From an alpha proteobacterium SCGC AAA288-G21 (GTDB lineage Bacteria > Pseudomonadota > Alphaproteobacteria > Pelagibacterales > Pelagibacteraceae), in NCBI GenBank assembly GCA_000513075.1, contig AZYC01000001.1, positions 11,624 to 75,623 on the forward strand: a stretch of DNA of 64,000 nucleotides. Reading direction: 5' to 3'. The notes below the pieces were generated by a model that was not told the origin of the DNA, did no database searches, and was given only the letters and a program-made list of their open reading frames with translations. Each line of letters starts with the position of its first letter. The stretch's first letter is position 1. The position numbers and the translations under genes were made by a program. Positions 22,690 through 31,205 of the stretch are shown in pieces.

Positions 22690-24314
22690 CCCATCTCCTT
22701 AGCTTTTTTTCTTAATTCGAATTTTTTAATTTTTCCGGTGGATGTTTTTGGCAATTCACAAAAAACTATTTTTTTTGGAAGTTTAAATCCAGCCAAGGTT
22801 TCCCTACAAAATTTTATTATTTCTTCCTCTGTAGCTTTTTTTTCTGGTGCTAGTTCAACAAAAGCGCAAGGTGTTTCTCCCCATTTTTCATCTGGTTTAG
22901 CAACGACCGCAGCAAGAGAAACTGAGGGATGTTTAGCTACTGTATTTTCAATCTCTATTGATGAAATATTTTCTCCGCCTGAAATGATAATATCCTTAGA
23001 TCTATCTTTTATTTGAATGTAACCGTTAGGATGTATCACTGCTAAATCACCCGAATGAAACCACCCGCCTTTCATAGCTTTTTCTGTCGCTTCTTTGTCT
23101 TTAAAATAACCTTTCATCACTACATTTCCGCGTATCATGATTTCCCCTATAGTTTTTCCATCTCGTGGAACTGATTTCATAGTTTCTGGATCCATAACGT
23201 CAACGTCTTCAGTGTTAGGATAACGTACTCCCTGGCGAGCACTAATATCAGCTTTTTCATCTTCATTTAAACCATCCCATCCTTCATTCCACGCACACTG
23301 CAAAATATGTCCATAAGTTTCTGTAAGACCATAGACATGCATAACTTCAAAACCTAAGTTTTTCATTTTTTTGAAAATAATACTTGGTGGAGGTGCCGCT
23401 GCTGTTAAAACATATATCTTGTGCTTTAAGGGTTTTTGTTCTTCCTTCGGTGCGCTAGCCAACATATTTAATATGATGGGTGCTCCGCCAAAGTGAGTAA
23501 CTTTATGTTCTGTTATTAAATCAAAAATTTCCTTAGCTCTAATATTTCTAATGCAGATTACACGGGCATGAAGCATAGCTAATGTCCATGGATAACACCA
23601 ACCGTTGCAGTGAAACATAGGAACCGTATACAAAAAGTTTAAACGGTTTGGCATATTCCACGCCACTGCACTGCCAGTTGCCATCAAATAAGAGCCTCTA
23701 TGATGATAAACAACTCCTTTAGGATTACCTGTCGTGCCTGATGTATAATTTAATGAAATCGCTTGCCATTCATCTTTTGGTCTTTTCCACACATAATTAA
23801 TATCGCCTTCATTTAAAAAACTTTCATATTCAAATCTTCCAAACTTTCCTGCATCCTTTAAGTCTGCTTGCTTATCGTCAATATCTATAATTAAAATTTT
23901 TCTACTCAATCCTTCTATTGCTTTTTTTACAACATCATGAAATTGACGATCTACAATGAGTGCTTTGGTGTCACCGTGATTTAAAATGTATCCTACTGTT
24001 TTAGAATCCAATCTTGTATTAATCGCATTAAGCACAGCTCCAGTCATTGGAACAGAATAGTGAGCTTCAAATAATTCTGGTATATTAGGAGCCATAATTG
24101 ATACTGTATCGCCTAGTTTAACTCCATGTTTTTCTAAAGCGCTAGCAAACCTTACACAACGATCATAAGTTTGTTTCCAAGTATACACTCGTTTTTTATA
24201 AATTATAGATTCGTAATTTGGATAAATATCTTTTGTTCGCTCAAGGAAGGTTATGGGAGTCAAAGGAACAAAATTTGCATTATTTTTTTCGAGATTTTGA
24301 TCGTAATTGTTCAT
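22686..24314 (-). CDS. AMP-dependent acyl-CoA synthetase/ligase (short/medium-chain type; possible DmdB-like role)
   Basis: 542 aa. AMP-binding motif YTSGTTGNPKGV. N-terminal ..NFVPLTPITFLERT.. is typical of the AAE/AlkK-like subfamily. Confidence 0.85.
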   Translation of the reverse strand: MNNYDQNLEKNNANFVPLTPITFLERTKDIYPNYESIIYKKRVYTWKQTYDRCVRFASALEKHGVKLGDTVSIMAPNIPELFEAHYSVPMTGAVLNAINTRLDSKTVGYILNHGDTKALIVDRQFHDVVKKAIEGLSRKILIIDIDDKQADLKDAGKFGRFEYESFLNEGDINYVWKRPKDEWQAISLNYTSGTTGNPKGVVYHHRGSYLMATGSAVAWNMPNRLNFLYTVPMFHCNGWCYPWTLAMLHARVICIRNIRAKEIFDLITEHKVTHFGGAPIILNMLASAPKEEQKPLKHKIYVLTAAAPPPSIIFKKMKNLGFEVMHVYGLTETYGHILQCAWNEGWDGLNEDEKADISARQGVRYPNTEDVDVMDPETMKSVPRDGKTIGEIMIRGNVVMKGYFKDKEATEKAMKGGWFHSGDLAVIHPNGYIQIKDRSKDIIISGGENISSIEIENTVAKHPSVSLAAVVAKPDEKWGETPCAFVELAPEKKATEEEIIKFCRETLAGFKLPKKIVFCELPKTSTGKIKKFELRKKAKEMG

Positions 24315-24319
24315 ACCAA

Positions 24320-25222
24320 TTAACTTATTTTAAATTCTTTTATAATTTCTGCAATTACTTCTTCTTTTTTATATCCCATCAAATGAATTCCTTTAACACC
24401 TTCAATTTCATGAAAAATTTTAATTAATTCAAGACAAATTTTTTTGCTTTCTTCTTTTTGATCTTTTGCTTGTTCTAATCTTTTTATAATTTCATCAGGA
24501 ACATCAACTCCAAATAAATTATCATTCATCCATTTAGCACTTTTTGCTGAAGCAAAAGGACCTAAGCCAATTAAAAATGAGGTTTTTTCTAATATTCCAG
24601 TGTCATTCAAAACTTTCATATATTCTCTTAGTTTTCCAGCTTCAAAAACATATTGAGTTTGAAAAAAATCAACTCCATTTTTAATTTTATTTAAAATTTT
24701 TTCAGTATTTGGTTTTCCTTTTGATGGAACTTCTGCTCCTCCGATAAATAGTTTTGGTGCGGGATCAATAACTCTTCCTGATGGAAATTTTTTATCTTTT
24801 CTCATCATGTTAGCTGTTGTTACTAAAGTTGAGCTGTCAATATCATTCGCAGGTTTTGTTTCTGGTTGATCACCAATTTTAGGATCATCTCCTGACAAAC
24901 AAAGAACATTGTGCACACCTAAAGCCGATGCTCCAACTAAATCACCCTGCAAAGCCAAACGGTTACGATCACGAACTGTTAATTGCAATATTGGATCAAT
25001 ATTATTTTGAGCAAGAATAATTGAGGCTGTGAGCGCAGACATATGTACTTTTGCCCCTGGACTGTCAGTAACATTAATAGCATCCGCAACATCTTTTAGC
25101 GGTTTTATATTTTTTAATAAGGTTTCCTTACTTGATGCATCTGGAGGTGTGGTTTCTGCAGTAAATACAAAAATACCATTATGTAATTTCTTATGAAGCA
25201 AGCTTTGATATTCCATATTCAT
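24320..25222 (-). CDS. metF: Methylenetetrahydrofolate reductase family protein
   Basis: 300 aa with MTHFR-family sequence (..FTAETTPPD.., ..INVTDSPGAKVHMS.., ..LCLSGDDP..). Confidence 0.8.
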   Translation of the reverse strand: MNMEYQSLLHKKLHNGIFVFTAETTPPDASSKETLLKNIKPLKDVADAINVTDSPGAKVHMSALTASIILAQNNIDPILQLTVRDRNRLALQGDLVGASALGVHNVLCLSGDDPKIGDQPETKPANDIDSSTLVTTANMMRKDKKFPSGRVIDPAPKLFIGGAEVPSKGKPNTEKILNKIKNGVDFFQTQYVFEAGKLREYMKVLNDTGILEKTSFLIGLGPFASAKSAKWMNDNLFGVDVPDEIIKRLEQAKDQKEESKKICLELIKIFHEIEGVKGIHLMGYKKEEVIAEIIKEFKIS

Positions 25223-25347
25223 TCCTAAAAGTTTTTAAAGTAAACGCCAAAAAACTAGCATAAATAGTTTGCTACCTCTATTTTAAAGTCATTGATTTCG
25301 GTTAATAGCTAATTTATTCTACATAAATCAAAGCGATACATAACTCG

Positions 25348-25360
25348 TCGTAAATTACGA
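25348..25360. promoter_or_regulatory. Perfect 13-bp palindrome TCGTAA-A-TTACGA, a candidate operator in the metF / monooxygenase divergent spacer
   Basis: Read directly from the sequence. It sits 46 nt upstream of the monooxygenase ATG in the 177-183-nt spacer. The 1-nt centre rules out an RNA hairpin. It has a GT-N5-AC core. Confidence 0.35.
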
Positions 25361-25405
25361 AAGTGGGATCGGTCGTCTTTAAAATTTATTTTAAAGGAGA
25401 TGCTG

Positions 25406-26560
25406 ATGAAAATTGGATATTTTTGTAATATTACTAATTGGAAAAAGAAACCATATACAGAAATTTTAGATAATGCTCGGGATATAGCTGTTTATTGTGA
25501 CAAAAATAATTGGGACTCTATCTGGTTTACTGAACATCATTTTAACCATGAAGGTATGGAGTCTTCTCCTAATCCGTTAATGATGTGCGCAGATATTGCC
25601 GCAAGAACAAAACAAATAAGATTAGGACAGGCTTGTAATGTTATTACTTTTTGGAATCCTATAAGATTAGCTGAGGATATTGCTGCTTTGGATCAATTTT
25701 CTAAAGGAAGAGTGGAAGTCGGTATTGGTAGAGGTATATATGGAAGAGAAGCTATTCATATGAACGTCGCAGCAGATTTAAAAGATCAAGCCAAAAATAA
25801 AAGGCTATTTCAAGAAACCTTAACTGTAATGAAAAAAGCTTGGACTGAAAAGTTTTTTAATCATAAGGGAGAATTTTATTCTTACCCTTCTCCAAACTTT
25901 GTTTGGCAACATGATATGAGTCCGCCTAATGAAGATTTTATGGATTTAAAAACCAATCAAATAAAAAAAATTGGTGTAATTCCTCGACCATACCAAAAAC
26001 CTCATCCACCACTATGGCAAGTAGTAGACTCCACAGGATCTATAGAGTGGGCAGCAAAAAATGGAATTAATTGCATAATGTGGATTCCTACAGTTAAAAC
26101 TTTAAAAAAAAGATTTGAAATATACAAAAATGCAAAATCTGAAACAGAAAAAAGAGATGTCCCAATGGGAGAGGGAATTTCACTAGTAAGAGATATGTTT
26201 GTCGCAGAAACAATGGAAGATGCAAAAAAGTTAGCTGGCGAACAAATGGTAAAATACATGAGATGGGTTTGCCATTGGAGGGGCCTAGGCAATCATATGG
26301 ACCCAGGTGAGGAACTTCCTCAAACTAAAGGAAAGTTAGATTTATTAAATTATGAATTTTTGCATAAAAGAAATATGTTATTTGGTACACCAGACTATGT
26401 AATCGAAAAAATTAATGAATTACAGTCAGAACTTAATCTTCAAAATTTACAAGTGTGGTCAAGTATGCCTGGTGTAAAACATGAAGATGCTATAAAAAGT
26501 ATTAAACTTTTTAATGACGAAGTAATTCCAAAAATAAATTCAGTAAAACAAGCAGGTTAA
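25406..26560 (+). CDS. Luciferase-like (LLM class) flavin-dependent monooxygenase
   Basis: About 384 aa. ..WFTEHHF.., ..IRLGQACNV.., ..LDQFSKGRVEVGIGRG.. are LLM hallmarks. The start is set at the second ATG, with an AGGAG Shine-Dalgarno 6 nt upstream. Confidence 0.85.
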   Translation: MKIGYFCNITNWKKKPYTEILDNARDIAVYCDKNNWDSIWFTEHHFNHEGMESSPNPLMMCADIAARTKQIRLGQACNVITFWNPIRLAEDIAALDQFSKGRVEVGIGRGIYGREAIHMNVAADLKDQAKNKRLFQETLTVMKKAWTEKFFNHKGEFYSYPSPNFVWQHDMSPPNEDFMDLKTNQIKKIGVIPRPYQKPHPPLWQVVDSTGSIEWAAKNGINCIMWIPTVKTLKKRFEIYKNAKSETEKRDVPMGEGISLVRDMFVAETMEDAKKLAGEQMVKYMRWVCHWRGLGNHMDPGEELPQTKGKLDLLNYEFLHKRNMLFGTPDYVIEKINELQSELNLQNLQVWSSMPGVKHEDAIKSIKLFNDEVIPKINSVKQAG

Positions 26561-26562
26561 TA

Positions 26563-27153
26563 ATGGATTTAAAACTAAGAAAATTTACAAAATTTGTTGA
26601 TAAAACTTTTATTGAAGGTGGTAAGCAAGCTAAAGAACCTGTTTTATTAGTTTCGGTTGCTGCTGTTATAAAAAATCCTTGGGCTGGGAAAGGATTTGTG
26701 GAAGATTTAAAACCAGCTATTCTTGATTTAGCACCAAAGCTTGGTGATATTTTGGTGCCTGAACTAATTAAAGAAATAGGTTCTGGAGAAAAAATTTTGG
26801 CTTATGGAAAAGCTGCCGTTGTTGGTTTAGCAGGTGAAATTGAACATGCGTCGGCATTTATCCATACATTAAGATTTGGAAATAAATTTAGAGACGCAGT
26901 CGGAGGTACTTCTTATTTAAGTTTTACTAATACTAGAGGACCTGCTGGATGTAAAATTGCAATACCGATGATGCACAAAACCGATGCTGGCTTAAGACCT
27001 TATTACTTAACACATGAATTTAATATTCAAGACGCACCTTGTGATGATGAAATTGTCGTTGCCATTGGTGGATCACCTGGAGGAAGAGCCCATGCCAGAA
27101 CTGGAGATCGATACCAAGACATGGAAGAGATGGGGATAAAAAATCCCAAATAG
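26563..27153 (+). CDS. 'Amino acid synthesis' family protein (DUF1185/AA_synth), function unknown
   Basis: 196 aa. The pattern ..VAAVIKNPWAG.., ..YGKAAVVG..GE.EH.. matches my recollection of the PF06684 family. Starts 2 nt after the monooxygenase stop. Confidence 0.65.
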   Translation: MDLKLRKFTKFVDKTFIEGGKQAKEPVLLVSVAAVIKNPWAGKGFVEDLKPAILDLAPKLGDILVPELIKEIGSGEKILAYGKAAVVGLAGEIEHASAFIHTLRFGNKFRDAVGGTSYLSFTNTRGPAGCKIAIPMMHKTDAGLRPYYLTHEFNIQDAPCDDEIVVAIGGSPGGRAHARTGDRYQDMEEMGIKNPK

Positions 27154-27158
27154 TTTCA

Positions 27159-27950
27159 ATGCCTTACACGTCAAATTTATTTGGTACTTTTTATTCATTA
27201 AATAAAGTCAATAAAGATAATCCAATAGTATTTATACATGGAGTTGGTTTAAACCATGAAATATGGAAACCGCAAATTGATTTTTTTAAAGAATACAATA
27301 CACTTACTTATGATTTGCTTGGACATGGAAAAACACCATTAAGTAAATTAAAAGTAACTTTTAATGATTTTTCTCGACAATTACTCAACTTAATAAATGA
27401 ATTAAAATTTAAAAAAATTCATTTGGTAGGTTTTTCACTGGGAGCTCTTGTTGCCAGGTATTTCGCTTCCAAATATAATGATAGGCTATGTTCATTAATA
27501 ATTCATGCTTCAATATATAAAAGAACAGAAGAACAGAAGAGAGTAGTTATTAATAGATTTAACGTAGCTAAACTGAACAGACCAGCTTCAAAAAAATCGG
27601 CTCTTACTAGATGGTTAACGGAAGATTATATATCAAAAAATCCAGAAATTTATAAAGAAATATATTCAATGTTAGAAAATAATAGCAATAAAAATTTTTT
27701 AAAATCTTATGAACTTTTTACTCATTATAATGATGATGACGATGAGATTAAAAAAATTAATGTTAATACTCTAATAACTGCTGGCGAACACGACGTAAGA
27801 TCGACACCTGAAATGGCCAGAAATTTAAATAAAGTAATAAAAAATAGTAAGTTTGTGAAGATCAAAAAAGGAAAGCATCTTTGTAGTATAGAATGTGCTG
27901 ATGATGTTAATATAACTTTTAAAGAATTTATTGATAACAATAATGCCTAA
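27159..27950 (+). CDS. Alpha/beta-fold hydrolase
   Basis: 263 aa. HG motif (VFIHGVGLN), nucleophile elbow GFSLGA and a C-terminal His region (KGKHLCSIE). Confidence 0.85.
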   Translation: MPYTSNLFGTFYSLNKVNKDNPIVFIHGVGLNHEIWKPQIDFFKEYNTLTYDLLGHGKTPLSKLKVTFNDFSRQLLNLINELKFKKIHLVGFSLGALVARYFASKYNDRLCSLIIHASIYKRTEEQKRVVINRFNVAKLNRPASKKSALTRWLTEDYISKNPEIYKEIYSMLENNSNKNFLKSYELFTHYNDDDDEIKKINVNTLITAGEHDVRSTPEMARNLNKVIKNSKFVKIKKGKHLCSIECADDVNITFKEFIDNNNA

Positions 27951-29424
27951 ATTTAAAGAATATAAAATGTACATCAATGGAGAGTGGGTTGATGCAGAAG
28001 ATAAAAAAACCTTTGAAAGTCTAAATCCAGAAAACAACGAATCATGGGCTGTAGTTCCAGAAGCAAGTGCCAAAGACGTAGACAAAGCTGTTCAATCAGC
28101 ACAAAAAGCTTTTGAGGGGGAGTGGCCAAAGTTATTCCCAAAAGAAAGAGCTAAATACTTAAGAGCAATAGCTAGCCAATTAAGAGAAAATGCAGAGTTA
28201 TTAGGAAAAATTGAAACAATCGATACAGGTAAACTTTTTAGAGAAACGAAAACTCAGGCGAATTATATAGCTGAATATTATGATTATTTTGCTGGCTTAA
28301 CAGACAAAGTTGAGGGAACCGTCTTGCCAATTGATAAACCTGATATGCAAGTTATCACAACTAGAATTCCTATAGGTGTTATTGCAGCAATTATTCCATG
28401 GAATTCACAAATGTTATTAACTGCCGTTAAACTTGCTCCCGCTCTTGCTATGGGAAATACTGTTGTAATCAAATCTTCCGAGTTGGCTCCAGCTACAATG
28501 TTTGAATTTGTAAAATTAATTGAAAAAACGGGAATACCCAAAGGAGTTGTAAATGTTATTAGCGGATTTGGAGATCCTTGTGGCAAAGCATTGACCAGTC
28601 ATACTCTTGTCGAAAGAATTGCATTTACTGGAGGGCCAGAAACTGCAAGACACATAATAAAAAATTCTGCAGAAAATTTGTCTCAGGTAAGTTTAGAATT
28701 AGGAGGAAAAAGTCCAGTTGCTGTTTTCGAAGACGCAGATCAGGATAATGCATTGAATGGTATAACAGCAGGAATTTTTGGAGCTAGCGGCCAAAGTTGT
28801 ATAGCTGGATCTAGATTATATTTGCAAAATAAAATTTATGATAATTTTTTAAATAAATTAATTGAACGAGCAAATAAAATAAAACTTGGTGGACCAATGG
28901 ATCCTGACACCCAAATGGGTCCGCTTACTAGTTTTAAACAATTGGAAATAATAGAAAAAACAATTAAACTTACTATTGAACAAGGCGGTAAACTAAGATG
29001 TGGAGGAAAAAGACACGCTCTTTCAAATAAAGGTTATTACTTTCCAGCAACAATAATTGAATGCGAAAATCATAACCTTCCAACAGCTAAAAATGAATTA
29101 TTCGGCCCAGTGCTATCAGTGATGAAATTTGAAACAGAAGAAGAAGTAATTAACAAAATGAATGATAACCAATATGGTTTATCTTCGGGAGTCTACACAA
29201 AGGATTTGGGTAGAGGTTTAAGAGTTTCGAAAGCAATACGTGCTGGGATTACATTCGTAAATACTTATAGACTAATATCACCTTCGGCACCTTTTGGTGG
29301 AATGAAAGATAGTGGGTATGGCAAAGAAGCTGGTATTGAATCAATAAAAGATTACACTAGAATTAAAACGACATGGTTTAACACTTCAAAAAAACCCATG
29401 TCAGACCCATTTACAATGGGATAA
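27943..29424 (+). CDS. NAD(P)-dependent aldehyde dehydrogenase
   Basis: ALDH motifs ELGGKSP and catalytic GQSCIAGS. Start candidates are TTG 27931, ATG 27943 (overlapping the upstream stop) and a downstream ATG (MYINGEW). Confidence 0.9.
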   Translation: MPKFKEYKMYINGEWVDAEDKKTFESLNPENNESWAVVPEASAKDVDKAVQSAQKAFEGEWPKLFPKERAKYLRAIASQLRENAELLGKIETIDTGKLFRETKTQANYIAEYYDYFAGLTDKVEGTVLPIDKPDMQVITTRIPIGVIAAIIPWNSQMLLTAVKLAPALAMGNTVVIKSSELAPATMFEFVKLIEKTGIPKGVVNVISGFGDPCGKALTSHTLVERIAFTGGPETARHIIKNSAENLSQVSLELGGKSPVAVFEDADQDNALNGITAGIFGASGQSCIAGSRLYLQNKIYDNFLNKLIERANKIKLGGPMDPDTQMGPLTSFKQLEIIEKTIKLTIEQGGKLRCGGKRHALSNKGYYFPATIIECENHNLPTAKNELFGPVLSVMKFETEEEVINKMNDNQYGLSSGVYTKDLGRGLRVSKAIRAGITFVNTYRLISPSAPFGGMKDSGYGKEAGIESIKDYTRIKTTWFNTSKKPMSDPFTMG

Positions 29425-29435
29425 TATTAATCAGT

Positions 29436-31205
29436 TTAACTAAACTTAAAATCCATTATATACTTACTTCCAGAAATTGCAGAATTATAATGAGTATCAA
29501 TTCTGGGTAGTACTCGATTGAAAAAAAAATTTGCAGTTTTTATTTTATCTTCAAAAAAATTTTTGTTTTCTTCTATCTCTTTATAACAGACACTCAATAC
29601 TTTTAACCAGGAATAAGCTAGAGCAATTAAACCCAGAACTTTAAGATAATCATTACATGCGGCGCTTACATCATCTTTTGCATTTTTTATGTTTTTTTTG
29701 ATCCAAGCTGTAAAATTTATCACTATTTTTAAATAATGACTTAATTTTTCAGCAAGTGATTTTATTTGTGGGTGATTATTATTTTTTTTAATTTCTTCTT
29801 CGATAGATTTGATATATCGATCAATAACGTTTCTATCTTTATTGACAAGTTTTCTAAAAACCAAATCTATTGATTGAATTGAATTAGTTCCTTCATATAT
29901 TGGGGTAATCCTGTTATCCCTATATAGTTGTTCAATACCTTGGTCTTTTGTATAACCATAACCTCCAAAAATTTGCATTGCATCACTAGTAATTTCCATG
30001 CCCATATCAGTAAATAGTGATTTTACTACAGGCGTCATTAAAGATACAAAGTCTGAAGCTTCTTCTTTAATTTTATTATCTTTGTGATGCAGGCTAACTT
30101 CAGTTTCTTGTGCTAACCAAAAACTTAAAGCCCTTTCACCTTCTATAATTGATTTCATGTTTAGTAATGTTCTTCTAATATCAGCATGATCAATAATTAA
30201 GTCTGCTCCATTTTTTGTTTTACTATTATTAGATTTTCCTTGTTTTCTCTCTTTTGAATAGTTTAATGCATTTTGATATGCTATTTCTGATAATCCCAAA
30301 CCTTGTAGTCCCACGACAATTCTTTCTAAATTCATCATAGTAAACATTGAACTTAATCCTTTATTTTTTGGTCCAATCATATATCCAGCGGATTCTTCAA
30401 AATTTAAAACACAAGTAGCAGATCCTCTAATTCCCATTTTGCTTTCAATTGAATTAGTTGAAACGCCATTTCTTTGACCTAAGGATCCATCTTCTTTCAC
30501 TTGAATTTTGGGCACTAAAAATAAACTAATACCTTTTGTACCCGATGGTGCATCAGGAGTTCTTGCAAGAACCAAATGTATAATATTTTCTGTAAGATCA
30601 TGATCTCCAGAAGTTATAAATATCTTTTGACCAGTTAATTTATAAGTGCCGTCTGATTGCTCTACAGCCTTTGTTTTTAGTAATCCCAAATCTGTTCCAC
30701 AAACTGGTTCTGTTAAGCACATTGTTCCACTCCACGTACCTTTAACTATATTTGGAAGGAATTTTTTTTTTATGGAATCCGTACCGTGATGAAGTATACA
30801 ATTATAAGCACCTATACTTAACTCACTATACAATTTAAAGGAAAGACTGGCTGAAGATAACATTTCGTCAAAAAATGTCTTGATAGTGTTTGGCATTCCT
30901 TGGCCGCCATACTCAGGGTCACAAGACAAAGAAACCCATCCATCTTCAATAAATTTTTTGTAAACTTCTTTGTATCCTGGTGGGGTTCTTACTACACCAT
31001 TTTCTAATTTAGCAGGTGTTTCGTCTCCAACCTTAGCTAAAGGTAATACAAGATTTTCCGTTAACTTTGCTGCTTGCTCCAATATATCTTTTGCAAGATC
31101 AGGATTAACTTCCTTATATTTTTCAAGTGCGTTGTAATGAGGATTATCCCTTAGCTTCTCAAATAGAAACATCATATCATTTATGGGAGCTGTATAAGTT
31201 GCCAT
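29436..31205 (-). CDS. Large acyl-CoA dehydrogenase with N- and C-terminal extension domains (DmdC/FadE-like family)
   Basis: 589 aa. N-terminal M.TY.AP..DM.F is typical of this about 590-aa ACAD family. Also ..MCLTEP.CGTDLG.. and ..IYEGTN.. motifs. Confidence 0.85.
   Translation of the reverse strand: MATYTAPINDMMFLFEKLRDNPHYNALEKYKEVNPDLAKDILEQAAKLTENLVLPLAKVGDETPAKLENGVVRTPPGYKEVYKKFIEDGWVSLSCDPEYGGQGMPNTIKTFFDEMLSSASLSFKLYSELSIGAYNCILHHGTDSIKKKFLPNIVKGTWSGTMCLTEPVCGTDLGLLKTKAVEQSDGTYKLTGQKIFITSGDHDLTENIIHLVLARTPDAPSGTKGISLFLVPKIQVKEDGSLGQRNGVSTNSIESKMGIRGSATCVLNFEESAGYMIGPKNKGLSSMFTMMNLERIVVGLQGLGLSEIAYQNALNYSKERKQGKSNNSKTKNGADLIIDHADIRRTLLNMKSIIEGERALSFWLAQETEVSLHHKDNKIKEEASDFVSLMTPVVKSLFTDMGMEITSDAMQIFGGYGYTKDQGIEQLYRDNRITPIYEGTNSIQSIDLVFRKLVNKDRNVIDRYIKSIEEEIKKNNNHPQIKSLAEKLSHYLKIVINFTAWIKKNIKNAKDDVSAACNDYLKVLGLIALAYSWLKVLSVCYKEIEENKNFFEDKIKTANFFFNRVLPRIDTHYNSAISGSKYIMDFKFS

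Noticed and set aside
25223-25399. A possible SAM- or THF-type riboswitch on the minus strand upstream of metF. The candidate helix is TTGATTT..AAATCAA, and a CGCTTTGATTT segment vaguely resembles part of the sulfur-operon leader.
   Set aside because: Only one AT-rich 7-bp helix could be drawn. There is no GC-rich island or terminator. The resemblance between the two leaders is limited to a few AT-rich nucleotides. That is not enough to report as a feature, though it is worth including in any Rfam/Infernal scan.
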